Assembly: GCA_951406725.2 (NCBI GenBank)
Contig: OX597820.1
Coordinates: forward strand, 8,990,001 to 9,054,000
Length of the DNA stretch: 64,000 bases
Reading direction: 5' to 3'
Source of the DNA: Octopus vulgaris
Taxonomy: Eukaryota
A program made the position numbers and the translations under genes. Position 1 is the stretch's first letter; every line of letters begins with the position of its first letter. The notes beneath the pieces were generated by a model, which saw only the letters and a program-made list of their open reading frames with translations, did no database searches and had not been told where the DNA came from. Shown here piece by piece: positions 26,611 to 38,557 of this stretch.

Positions 26611-27209
26611 GTAATCTCTCGTTTTGCATATCAGTGTATGTGTGTATGTGTGTGTGTGCGTGCGTGTGTGTCTTTTACTTTTTATTTGTATCAGTCATTG
26701 GACTGTGGCCATGCTGGGGTACCATCTTGAAGGGTTCAGTTGAACAAATTGACCCCACTACCTATTTTTTAAAAGTCTGGTACATATTCTATCAGTGTCT
26801 GAACCACTAGTTACAGGGATGTAAACAAACCAACATTGGTTGTAAAGCTTTAGGTGGGTGACACAACTGCAAAGACAGCCACACACACATACACATGATG
26901 GGCTTCCACACAGTTTCTGTTTAACAAATTTACTTGCAAGGCTTTCGTTGGCCTGGGCTATGATAGAAGATTCTTGCCCAAGGTGCCTTGCAGTGGGACT
27001 GAACCTAAAAACCTCACAGTTAAAGCAAACCTCTTACTCCATAGTCATGCCTATAACTACATCTGTACCAATGCCACACCAACAGCCAATAGCCTGGAAA
27101 TTTAGATGCAGAAACATTAGAGGAAAAACTGAAAATGTAGAGCAGAAACTGCTTAAATAAAAGAAAAACTCAAATTGTGATTGTCATAAATTTATGACAT
27201 AATTATATA

Positions 27210-27557
27210 TCTCTCTCTATATAAAGCTTAAGTTGTCCGTGTATGGCAGGTTTGGTAGCCTTCAACTAACACTATCTCCTCCGAGACCCTGTGGTACAAG
27301 TTGGCCGAAATTGAGAGTATGATAGAAGAGGGCTTAACACCAAAAATTATTTACATCAAAAAGATGCTTTTTTTCTATGAAAATCCCTATTTTTACGATT
27401 TTTTGACTGCTGTGTCGCCATTTTTCGGTGTATTTCAGCCAGAAAAATGTTCACTTAAAGAGAATAACAAGCTACATAATGGAAAATTTTTACTTTTCAA
27501 AAATTCCAATTCTAAAGGGTCAAAACAAACTCGAGCAATGCCGGGCGATACTGCTAG
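27210..27557 (+). mobile_element. Non-autonomous Helitron, family H2
   Basis: A|TC...CTCGAGCAATGCCGGGCGATACTGCTAG|T. Confidence 0.83.
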
Positions 27558-27888
27558 TATAAATATATATGCTGAACAGGAGAATACATGTTTCACTACT
27601 TTATCCCATTCAGTTGTAGGGGCCTTGTTTTGTGATTACTTGGTAACTCACTAATGCTGGTGCCAGTAAAAAAAAAATCATCCCCCAGTACACTCTGGAA
27701 AGGGGTTGGCATTAGGAAGGGCATCCAGCTATAGAAACCATATGTAGACATTGAAGCTCAATGCAGCCGTCTTACTTGTCAGTTGCTGTTGAATTGTCTG
27801 ACCCATGCCAGCATGGAATGTAGATGTTAAATGATGTTGATGAAGATGATGGTGGAACATTGAGTGATCTTATTTTGTTCTTCTTCAG

Positions 27889-27958
27889 TTATAATTGAAG
27901 CCCAGAAGTGTCTTTGTAACATCATATATAACAGTAAAAAAGCTCAACATATTTGTAG
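27889..27958 (+). CDS. RIC8: RIC8 exon 4 (VIIEAQKCLCNIIYNSKKAQHIC)
   Basis: ttcttcag acceptor; AG|GTAAGT donor; phase 1-2; KCLCN motif. Confidence 0.95.
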
Positions 27959-28351
27959 GTAAGTCTTATATTTTTAAAAACCTTTTCTCGTTTTTTTTTG
28001 TCTTTGAATTGTAAGATTCTTGTTGTAAACAGGTTTTGTTATGTATTGGGAGGGTCATTATGTCAATAATAAACACATGCACTGATTTTATTTCACAGAT
28101 GCACACACACATGTGTATGTGTGTGTATGTATGTATGTATATATATATATATCAAATATAAATTTAAAACAGAACACAAAGGATATCGCAGTTTCAAGCT
28201 TTATAAACAATCTGTTATTACATCATTATTTATAAAGCTTGAAACACGTGTACCACGATATCCTTTGTGTTCTGTTTTTAATTTATATTTGATATATTCT
28301 CTCACCTCTGCCACTATCTGGCATATACAGGTGCTTACACTTATCAAGTAT

Positions 28352-28394
<43 letters not shown>

Positions 28395-28496
28395 TTCAAG
28401 AGAATGTGTAATAATTTCTTTTTTAGAATGCTGTTATTTATAGCTTTATCTGCTTTGGGTTTCACCATTCTGAAAAGAATTACATATATATCTATA

Positions 28497-30840
28497 GTGT
28501 GTGAGAGAGAATTGTGATGTGGTGGGAGAGAAGTGTGTTCGCATGGAAGATGGTTCACTTGCGCTAAACGAGGATGCAAAGAGAGAGGCTTGGAGACGCC
28601 ACTATGAAAGGTTGCTGAATAAAGAAAATGAATGGGATAAAGAGAGTCTGCCGAACGTTGACCCAACAGAGGGACCAGCTATCAGGGTTGATAGTTCCTT
28701 GGTAGCTAAGGCAATTAGAAGCATGAAGACAGGGAAAGCCCCAGGCCCATCAGGTATCACTGCAGAGATGCTCAAAATATCTGGTAGTGTCGGCTATAGC
28801 CTAGTCACCTGTATAGTTAATCAGGTGATACATGAAGGAGTCATACCCAATGACTGGTGTAGCAGCATAATAGTCAACTGCTACAAAGGTAAAGGTGATG
28901 CCCTAGATACAAATAATTACAGAGGTATCAAGCTGTTGGATCAGGTGATGAAGGTTACAGAGAGGGTCATAAGCCAACTAATTAGAGAGAGAGTTAGTTT
29001 AGATGAGATGCAGTTTGGTTTCGTGCCAGGGAAAAGTACCACTGATGCTATATTCCTGGTAAGGCAGCTGCAGGAGAAATACCTAGCCAAAGATAAGCCC
29101 CTGTACCTGGCTTTTGTTGACATGGAGAAAGCCTTCGACAGAGTCCCCCGATCCCTCATATGGTGGTCAATGAGGAAACTAGGAATAGATGAATGGTTAG
29201 TGAGAGCTGTGCAAGCCATGTACAGGGACGCTGCTAGTAAGGTGAGGGTTAGCAATGAGTACAGTGAAGAATTCCGGGTAGAGGTAGGGGTCCACCAAGG
29301 CTCAGTCCTCAGCCCCCTCCTATTTATCATAGTCCTCCAGGCAATAACGGAGGAATTCAAGACAGGATGCCCCTGGGAGCTCCTCTATGCTGATGACCTT
29401 GCTCTAATTGCTGAGTCATTATCAGAACTGGAGAAGAAGTTTCAGGTGTGGAAGCATGGTTTAGAATCAAAGGGCCTTAGAGTCAACCTAGCTAAAACCA
29501 AAGTCGTAATAAGTAGGAAGGTAGACAAATCACAAACGCCTTCAGGTAGATGGCCCTGCTCGATCTGTAGAAAAGGTGTAGGTAGAAACTCTATAAGATG
29601 CACCAAGTGTAAGCTATGGACACATAAGAGGTGCAGCAATGTCATAGGAAGGCTAACTAGAAAGATGGTTTTGTATGTGGCAGATGCTCAGGAGCATTAA
29701 CCTCTGAAAATCTGCAGAAAACAACTTCCGTCACTTTCCAGGGGGAAAAACTAGAAGTAGTTGATAGCTTCCGTTATCTTGGTGACCAAGTCAGTAGTGG
29801 GGGTGGGTGTGCTGAAAGTGTAACGGCTAGAGTAAGAATAGCCTGGGCAAAACCTCTGTTGGTGACTAAAGGCCTCTCGCTCAGAGTAAAAGGTAGACTG
29901 TATGATGCATGTGTACGAACAGCCATGCTACATGGCAGTGAAACATGGGCCATGACTGCTGAGGACATGCGTAAGCTCGCGAGAAATGAAGCTAGTATGC
30001 TCCGTTGGATGTGTAATGTCAGTGTTCATAGTCGACAGAGTATAAGTACCTTGAGAGAAAAGTTGGACCTAAGAGGCATCAGATGTTGTGTGCAAGAGAG
30101 ACGATTGCGCTGGTATGGTCATGTGGTGAGAATGGATGAAGATAGGTGTGTGAAAAAGTGCCACACCCTGGCAGTTGAGGGGACCTGTGGAAGAGGTAGA
30201 CCCAGGAAAACCTGGGTCGAGGTGGTGAAGCACGACCTTCGAACTCTAGGTCTCACCAAGGAAATGACCAGAGACCGAGACCTATGGAAGTATGCTGTGC
30301 GTGAGAAGACCTAGCAAGACCAGTGAGAACAATCAAAATCAAATCATATATCAGAAAGCAGAGGTTAAGTGACCTATCCGTTCGTGTCCGCTGTCAGTAA
30401 AATGGTACGTAAAAGCACCATTCGCTCATGGCCGTTTGCCAGCTCTGTCTGGCCCCGTGTTGGTGGCACGTAAAAGCACCATCCGTTCGTGTCCGTTGCC
30501 AGCCTCGCCTGGCTCCCGTGCCGGTGACACGTAAAAGCACCATCCGTTTCGTGGCCGTTTGCCAGCTCTGTCTGGCCCCCGTGTTGGTGGCACGTAAAAG
30601 CACCATCCGTTCGTGGCCGTTTGCCAGCTCTGTCTGGCACCTGTGCGGGTGGCACGTAAAAAGCACCCACTACACTCACGGAGTGGTTGGCGTTAGGAAG
30701 GGCATCCAGCCGTAGAAACACTGCCAGATCTGACTGGGCCTGATGAAGCCTTCCAGCTTCACAGACCCCAGTTGAACCGTCCAACCCATGCTAGCATGGA
30801 GAACGGACGCTAAATGATGATGATGATGATGATGATGATA
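28497..30840 (+). mobile_element. 5'-truncated RTE-clade LINE in RIC8 intron 4, flanked by 103-bp direct repeats
   Basis: RT motifs KAPGPSGI, NYRGIKLL, QFGF, FVDMEKAFDRV, GVHQGSVLSPLLF, YADD; RRLRWYGHV and GRGRPRKTW at the C-terminus; 3' UTR repeats; (GAT)n tail. Confidence 0.95.
28501..30314 (+). pseudogene. Disrupted reverse transcriptase ORF of the RTE LINE
   Basis: Open frame 28501-29700, 1-nt frameshift at about 29670, second lesion at about 29850, C-terminal frame to TAG 30314; no endonuclease domain (truncated). Confidence 0.9.
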
Positions 30841-31195
30841 TATATATATACTTCAAGAGAATGTGTAATAATTCTTTTTTTAGAATGCTGTTATTTATAG
30901 CTTTATCTGCTTTGGGTTTCACCATTCTGAAAAGAATTACATATATATCTATATATATATAAACACACATGACAGTGTCCATGCAGTTTGCATCTACCAA
31001 ATTCACTCACAAGGGATTGGTTAGCCAAGGGCTATTGCAGAAGACACTTGCCCAAGGAACCATGCAGTGAGATTGAACCCAAAATCCATGTGGTTGCAAA
31101 GTGAGCTTCTTAACCACACAGCCATGCCGGCACCCAGTTAAATGTTATTACATCTGTCGGACAATAAAATGTTGTTTTATCTTCTTCTTCTTCAG

Positions 31196-31271
31196 CGTGA
31201 ATGGTTGCATTGAAGGAGTGATACAGCGAATGAAAACTTACAAAGATGCCAATTTGAAGCATGACATTAAA
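31196..31271 (+). CDS. RIC8: RIC8 exon 5 (SVNGCIEGVIQRMKTYKDANLKHDIK)
   Basis: cttcttcag acceptor; AAA|GTAAGT donor; phase 2-0. Confidence 0.92.
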
Positions 31272-32029
31272 GTAAGTTCTATTTAATTAGTTCACCCTTG
31301 ATTAATCCTATCATACTCATTTTCTCAGTACTTGATCATCATCGTTACTTTAATATGTGTTTGTCCCATACTGATATAGATCCCCATGGGTTAGCAGCAC
31401 GGCAACTTCGCACTTGTTCCAATGCTCCATAACATCCCTGAGCCCCTATATTTTGAGCACTAACCTCATCATCCCGTTTACATTGGCCATGCTCTTCTCA
31501 TTTGTTCCAGCTCCTTACATGCTGATTCCAAATCCCAGCACAGTCAACTTTGCTTTTCATCTCTCCATCAATCATCGACCTCATTGCCTTAGCAGTGACA
31601 TTCCCATGCTTGCATGGGTCAGACAGAATTTGCCAGACACACATACATACATATATATATATATATATTTTTTTTTTGATGATCATGGTTTACTCCCGTG
31701 CCGACGGGCTTCTTTCAGTTTCCATCTACCAAATCCACTCACAAGGCTTTGGTCAGCCTGAGGCTATAGTAGAAGACACATGGCCAAGGTGCCACACAGT
31801 GGGACTGAACCCAGAACCATGTGGTTCGTAAGCAAGCTACTTACCACACAGCCACTCCTACGCCTATACATACGTACATACACACAACATGCTTCTTTCA
31901 GTTTCCTTTTACCAAATCCACTCACAAAGCTTTGATCAGCTTGAGGCTAGAGTAGAGGACACAGCTGATAGTGTCCAGGCAGTGGGATTGAACCCCAAAC
32001 CACGTGGTTCAAAAGCAAACTTCTTAATC

Positions 32030-32377
32030 ATGCAGGAGTGGCTGTGTGGTAAGAAGCTTGCTTCCAAACCACATGGTTCTGGGTTCAGTTCCATCGTGTG
32101 GTACCTTGGACAAGTGTCTTCTGCTTATAGCTTTAGGCCGACCAAAGCCTTGTGAGAGGATTTGGTTGAAGGAAACTGAAAGAAGCCCATCATGTGCTTG
32201 TGTGTGTGTGCCTGTCCCTCAGCACCATTTGATAACCGGTGTTGGTGTGTTTACGTCCCTGTAACTTAGCTGTTTGACAAAAGTGACAAATAGAATAAGA
32301 TGATTCATTTGATTAAAAATTCTTCAAGGTGATGCACCAGCCTGACCACAGTCTCATGACTGAAACAAATAAAAGAT
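32030..32377 (+). mobile_element. SINE family A, older copy; head-to-head with minus-strand partial copies at 31700-32030
   Basis: Match to family A. Confidence 0.78.
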
Positions 32378-32509
32378 AATGATATTATAATGTTGAAACT
32401 CATTGCTGTTGACCAATTCCTAAGTCAGTATTTCCTCTTTCTTTTGTGCCACCCATGACTGCTTGGATGTTAAAACAACTGGTTTTTTTTTTTCTAATCT
32501 ATTTTTCAG

Positions 32510-32562
32510 TATTTTGATATGAGGCTGCTGTTCTTGTTGAGCGCATTAGTCCCCGAGACCAG
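32510..32562 (+). CDS. RIC8: RIC8 exon 6 (YFDMRLLFLLSALVPET)
   Basis: tttttcag acceptor; AG|GTAAAT donor; phase 0-2; FDxRLLFLL motif. Confidence 0.95.
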
Positions 32563-32657
32563 GTAAATATCATCTTCAGTGTTTCTCTGAAATTATCTTT
32601 AATTTGAAATATTAAATTTCTAAATATCTCATAGAGATATGTACAGTGGTGGGGCAC

Positions 32658-32910
32658 AGAATGGTTGTATACTGTCAACTTAACGTGACAGTAGGGGATT
32701 ACACTGACGCTGTTTAGCCCTAGGAAGCATCGACGCTTCCTGATGGCTTCGACACATTTTTTTCCTGTGTCCTCTCCCCTTCGTAAATATATAAGGACAC
32801 AGGAAAAAAAATGTGTCGAAGCCGACAGGAAGCGTCGATGCTTCCTAGGGCTAAACAGCGGTGGTGTAATCCCCTACTGTCACGTTAAATTGACAGTATA
32901 CAACTATTCT
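32658..32910. mobile_element. Fold-back MITE, near-perfect palindrome
   Basis: Arms of about 115 bp: GTATACTGTCAACTTAACGTGACAGTAGGGG...CCCCTACTGTCACGTTAAATTGACAGTATAC; loop about 20 nt. Confidence 0.85.
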
Positions 32911-33520
32911 ATCTTTAATTTAACTTTCAACATTGCAACTTCCATTTTATTAATAAATGATTACTTAAAATAATAGCAATGATGATGATGATGGCGGCAG
33001 CGGCAGTGGTGGTGGTTTAAAATTTTGGCACAAGGCCAGCAATTACAGGGAGGGGTTAAGCCAATTATATCAACCCCAGTGTAGTGAGATTGTTTTGAGA
33101 CTCTCCTAATATAAATTTGAAGGAGAATAATGAACACAAGCCAGATATTAACCAAATATTATTTTTCTTTTACGAAACTAACTCCCTGAGCCAATGTCTG
33201 TGTCCTCTCTTATTCTCATCTTGTGTCTTGAAGGTTTTCTCCAGCACCTCATCACTACCATCTTTATCTTCTTTGCAGCTACTCCCACCCACCCTTATAA
33301 GATGCAGGGAAGACTTGTTTCTCCTCTATAGCAAGACACCTGGCCTTCTCCCTTTATCATCACCTGGTATAACACCCTACCACTTAATCAAGGAGCCTTT
33401 TTTTCCTGTTCTTTTCTGTCTTGCAAGTTCCTCGGTGATCTCTGTAGTGCTGGTGGCACAGGAAAAACACCCAGGACACGCTATAAAGTTGTAGGGCTTC
33501 CAGTTGTAGAAACCATTATA

Positions 33521-34097
33521 CCTGTTTCTTTACTACCCACAAGGGGCTAAACACAGAGAGGACAAACAAGGACAGACAAACGGATTAAATCGATTATGTC
33601 GACCCCAGTGCGTAACTGGTACTTATTTAATCGACCCCGAAAGGATGAAAGGCAAAGTCGACCTTGGCGGAATTTGAACTCAGAACGTAGCGACCAACGA
33701 AATACCTATTTCTTTACTACCCACAAGGGGCTAAACAAGGACAGACAAACGGATTAAGTCGATTATATCAACCCCAGTGCGTAACTGGTACTTATTTCAA
33801 TCGACCCCGAAAGGATGAAAGGCAAAGTCGACCTTGGTGGAATTTGAACTCAGAATGTAACGGCAGACAAAATACCTAATTCTTTACTACCCACAAGGGG
33901 CTAAACACAGAGAGGACAGACAAACGGATTAAGTCAATTATGTCAACCTCATTGCATAACTGGTACTTATTTAATCGATCCTGAAAGGATGAAAGGCAAA
34001 GTCAACCTTGGATGTATTTGAACTCAGAATGTAGCGACAGACGAAATACCGATAAGCATTTCACCCAACGTACTAACAATTCTGCCAGCTCGCCGCC
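33521..34097 (-). mobile_element. SINE family B with body triplicated; TSD AAACCATTATACC
   Basis: One head and three bodies; 13-bp direct repeat on both flanks. Confidence 0.87.
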
Positions 34098-34277
34098 AAA
34101 ACCATTATACCATCAAAGAATTCTGCTGGAAACTTACTTCTTCTATCATAAGATTTGCCATACATTCATTAACTTCTCTATTTTTTCCAATGGACTATTT
34201 TCTTTTTTTTTAAAAAACTTGGTTTTGCTTCTGATCTGATTCTTGTCTTTTGTTTGTTTTTTGTTGTTTTTCAACAG

Positions 34278-34458
34278 ACAGAGAATCCACTTTGAACTTC
34301 ATGGTTTTAGTTACCTGATGGAAATCATTGACCTTCTGCTTCATGATGCTGAGGAACGGAAGACTGGTCTCACAGACCAAGAAGTTGATCTTTGCTGTGA
34401 AGTACTGAAGATTCTTTTCAATCTTACCATGTCTCTCAAGATGAAATCATTAGATGAG
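34278..34458 (+). CDS. RIC8: RIC8 exon 7 (RQRIHFELHGF...EVLKILFNLTMSLKMKSLDE)
   Basis: tcaacag acceptor; GAG|GTAAGA donor; phase 2-0. Confidence 0.95.
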
Positions 34459-34829
34459 GTAAGATAGCTACTTCTTCACTGATTTACTAATGTAGCAAAT
34501 TTGGTAGAGTTTTTAGTACAGGTGACAAAATGCCTTGTGGTATTTGGTCCAACTCTCTTCACTTTGAGTTCAAATCTACTTAAAGTATTTAAGATTTGCT
34601 TTTGGGGTTGATAAAATAAATTACTCGTCCCAAAGTGGTGGATTAGCACTTAGTTATAGTGTGGGACTGGATACCTTGTGGCATATGTTTTAGACCTTTA
34701 CATTGCAAGTTCTTGAGTGGTGGACTTAAGTCATTTCCTGGTCAAATGCTACCCACTGGTTTTTGGTTTCCTTTAGCAGAGTTCACTTTGTTGCAAGCAT
34801 ATTTTTTTTTGTGATTTTGTCCCAAACAA

Positions 34830-35135
34830 GGCTCGAGGCCGTTTGTAGCATAAGGGACTACAAAGGAGGAAAAGAAGGGTCCTACAAATTCAAAAGAATA
34901 TAGATTGACAGAAAGGTTAAAGGACTGAATATAATAGACCAGAGGAAAAAAAGATGATGGTAGTGGGTTCCAGAAAGCACCAGTTCAAGGAAAGAAGCAA
35001 TTAGAAGAGAGGGACTTGTGACTAACAGGAAGCTGAACAGAGAAATGATGCAGCTGGGCAGGGAAGCGAGGGACAAGTTTAAAACACTTGACAGAGAGGG
35101 GTAAACCAGAAAGGTCATCAGGACAATGGTCAAGG
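34830..35135 (-). mobile_element. Decayed CR1/L2-like LINE 3' fragment
   Basis: Minus frame reads ..TGAFWNPLPSSFFPLVYYIQSFNLSVN, like the conserved 'RT..LWNSLP...FP..YNL.SFK..VN' end. Confidence 0.55.
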
Positions 35136-35137
35136 AA

Positions 35138-35467
35138 ATCATCATCATCATCATCATCATCGTTTAAGTCCGTTTTCCATGCTGTCATGGGTTGGATGGT
35201 TCGACCGGGGGTCTGGGAAGCCAGGAGGCTGCACCAGGCTCCAGTCTGATCTGGCAAGGTTTCTACAGCTGGATGCCCTTCCTAACGCTAACCACTCCGT
35301 GAGTGTAGTGGGTGCTTTTTATGTGCCACTGGCACAGGTGCCAGGGGAGACTGGCAACGGTCACAATCAGTTGGTGCTTTTTACGTGCCACCAGCACGGA
35401 AGCGAGTCAAGGTGGCGCTGGCATCGGCCACGTTCAGATGGTGCTTTTTACGTGCCACCAGCACAGG
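35138..35467 (-). mobile_element. RTE LINE 3' end fragment
   Basis: Reverse match to 30400-30840 and 26000-26340. Confidence 0.85.
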
Positions 35468-36318
35468 TTGGTCAAGGAAATATTTACATAAAAGACACAA
35501 CGAAGATACATTTTGATGATGACCCAAAGATTTCAACCCAGTAGAAAGAAGAGGATCCAATATGTTAATAATTTGATTCTCAATTAGACCATATCTCCAG
35601 TTTGAAGACATTTTCCTCCCTCCCACCAGTTTTGGAGGCCATGAGGTAGTAAAAGACTATGGCCACTGCCCGTCTCTCTTTGACCAAACAGTAAAAAGAA
35701 ATTTAAGAAAAAAATGGTTGAGAGGAGATATAATTTCTTTCGTGATGTATTGTTCTCTTAAACATTAGCTTATTAACAAATTCTCTTTTTAATCTAGGGA
35801 TATTGTTATCACTGTTATTACTTTTCTCATCATGACACCAAAATTACCTTTGACATCATCATCATCATCACCATTTAATGTCCATTTTCTCTGTTGGATT
35901 GGGTTGGATGACTTGACAGGATCCAGTGAGTCACATGACTGCACTAAACTCCAGTGTTGGCTTTGGTTTGTTTTCTATGGCTGAATGCTCTTCATAACAC
36001 CAACCACTTTACAATGTTGGGTTCTTTTTTCATGCCACCAGCACAAATAGGTTCACCAAATAACTCCCCACCCAACTAAATTGGGGGTGCATATTTAAGG
36101 TGGAGATTATGTCTGGTGTTGAAAGGAAGAAAGCCCAGGTGGCTTGCTACAGAGGAGATACATGGCTTTCCTGCATTGTATAAGGTTGGATGAGAGTAGC
36201 AGGGAAGAAAATAAAGTTGGTGGTGACAGGGTACAGAACAAACTCTCAAGGTACATACACGAAGGTGAGCATAAGAGAGGATACAGATAGGGAATGTGGT
36301 AGGGAGAGGATAGTTTAA

Positions 36319-36540
36319 CCCTTTCGATACCAACCCGGCTGAAACTGGCTCTTGCTCTGTAGTACAAATGTCTCGCTTTTGTAAGTTTTGAATTAAAATC
36401 TTCCACTAAAACCTTAGTCACAATTTATGTTCCTAACACCAGCTTAATGATAATTAAGTTATTTTACTAAATTCTTTGTTATATTTAAAGTAATCGAAAG
36501 AAATACAGAGCATTTCAAAATAAATATAGTAACGAAAGGG
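36319..36540 (+). mobile_element. piggyBac-type MITE, family 1 monomer
   Basis: TTAA|CCCTTTCG...CGAAAGGG|TTAA. Confidence 0.87.
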
Positions 36541-37334
36541 TTAATAAGATTGTGTGAGGACAGCAAGAGATGGTTAGAGATGGGGATAGAGCTGCATGTA
36601 GTGAGTGATGAACAAGAGTGGAGATCAATGTTACCATCCTAATATCACCAATATCTTTCATAATTTTCATTATCCTCATCGTTATCTTTCATTATCAGCT
36701 TTGTCATTATCATCTTCACTGTTAGCCTCTCCAAATCACTTTAAGAAGGTTTGAATTTAGTAAAATTGACAAAAAGAGTTCATTAAACTTGCTGTTGTGA
36801 GTGGAAAAGCCAACGTTTTGGGCAGAGTCTTCCTTCAGAGACAACAAGAGAAAAATAAATGAGAGAGAGCAGAGTCTAATGTCCTCCAAGTTAAAAACAA
36901 CTGGCTGCAACTAATGAGGAACATGGGACCACGAGATCTTCATGGATTCTGCAGGTTAGGGTTGTAAGTTATTTTGCACACAGCTCATACTGAGAGCTTA
37001 ATCGATTGGGCCACTTCAAAGTGAGGTATCTTGGCCAAGAACAGCATAGTGCCACAATTGGGTTACAAGCTATTGATCTTATAGAGACAGTTATGCTGGC
37101 AGTGGTGAGTTGGAAGAACCATGAGAGAATTGGTTAGAATACCTCACAGTTTTTGTTCCCAGCATCTGTGCTCTGAGTTGATGTCAGCTTTTTCTTCTAA
37201 TGTCCAATTCACACCATGGAAAGAGGACATTAAATGATGATGGTGGTGATGGTGATGATCATGATGATGATGAAGAAGAAGAAGAAATATGATGTACATT
37301 GGATTGTAATTTGGTTGTTGTTTCACTTTGACAG

Positions 37335-37429
37335 GAAGAAGACGGACACCTGATGCGTCTGATTAGTGTGTTGAGAGAGTTATTGTTATGTAAAACAGAA
37401 TCAAATGACCGCAAAGAAGAACTGGTCAG
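37335..37429 (+). CDS. RIC8: RIC8 exon 8 (EEDGHLMRLISVLRELLLCKTESNDRKEELV)
   Basis: tttgacag acceptor; AG|GTAAGT donor; phase 0-2. Confidence 0.93.
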
Positions 37430-37751
37430 GTAAGTAATTCTTTGGAATTCTTCAGATTGTTTTTTTTTTAAACAGTTTCATTATCATTGTTTTAATGTTC
37501 ACTTTTCCATCCTTGCATGGGTTAGACAGAATTCATTGAGGCAGATTTTCTGTGACTAGATGCCTTTCCTGTCACTAATCCTCACCTGTATCCAAGCTAG
37601 GTGATATTTCCCCATGGTTGGACATGCTTACACAGAAGATTGGAAACAAGTGACACTGCTTGTAGAATGGTGTTGCTTGTTTACAACCACCATACAGTGT
37701 TAAGTAAGGAGACACAAACACACTCACACCCATGCTCACACACACACACAT

Positions 37752-38277
37752 TTAAAATTAATTGAAAGAAACACAGAGCATCTCAACAGAAATATGGTAA
37801 CAAAATGGTTAAAATATATAATTGAGAAACAATTCTTAACCCTTTCAATACCAGCCTGGCTGAAACCGCCTCTGGCTCTGTAGTACAAATCTCTTGTTTT
37901 CATAAGTTTTGAATTAAAATCTTCCACCAAACCTTAGTCACAATTTATGTTCCTAACACTAGCTTAATGATAACTAAGTTATTTCACTAAATACTTTGTT
38001 ATATTTAAAATCAATTCAAAGAAACACTGAGAATCTCAAAAGAAATATGGTAGCAAAAGGGTTAAAATATATAATAGAGAAACAATTCTTAACCCTTTTG
38101 ATACCAACCCAGCTCAAACTGGCTCTGGCACTATAGTGCAAATCTCTTGTTTTCATAAGTTTTGAATTAAAATCTTCCACCAAAACCTTAGTCATAATTT
38201 ATGTTCCTAACTAAGTTGTATTTAAAGTAATTGAAAGAAACACAGAGCATCTCAAAATAAACACAGTAACGAAAGGG
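37752..38277 (+). mobile_element. piggyBac-type MITE family 1, multimer (partial + 2 units)
   Basis: Units joined by a 23-bp spacer; ends 30 nt before exon 9. Confidence 0.85.
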
Positions 38278-38307
38278 TTAAATATTTTGTGTTTTTTTAT
38301 TTTATAG

Positions 38308-38557
38308 CCACACTGTGAACTTGTTAACCAACGTACCTGCCACCAGTTATGAGCAACTCCTCACACCATTGACCGATAGCGGTGCTGACTCTGTAACTAA
38401 AGACAATGAGACTGAAGGTAAAAATATGGAAAGTATTGTAGTTCTGCTTAATTTCCTGCATCAGCGATTAAGGAAAGTTTCACGGGAACAAGACAAAGAC
38501 ATCCAGAATATTGTAGAGCCTGCTCCTCACAACACAGAAACCAAACTCCATTCTAAG
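38308..38557 (+). CDS. RIC8: RIC8 exon 9 (SHTVNLLTNVP...GKNMESIVVLLNFLHQRLRK...KLHSK)
   Basis: ttttatag acceptor; AAG|GTAATG donor; phase 2-0; possible weaker in-frame donor after 38476. Confidence 0.9.

Noticed and set aside
28501-29700. Host gene, retron/DGR-type RT or an active autonomous LINE
   Set aside because: It is an RTE-clade RT that is 5'-truncated, frameshifted and lacks the endonuclease.
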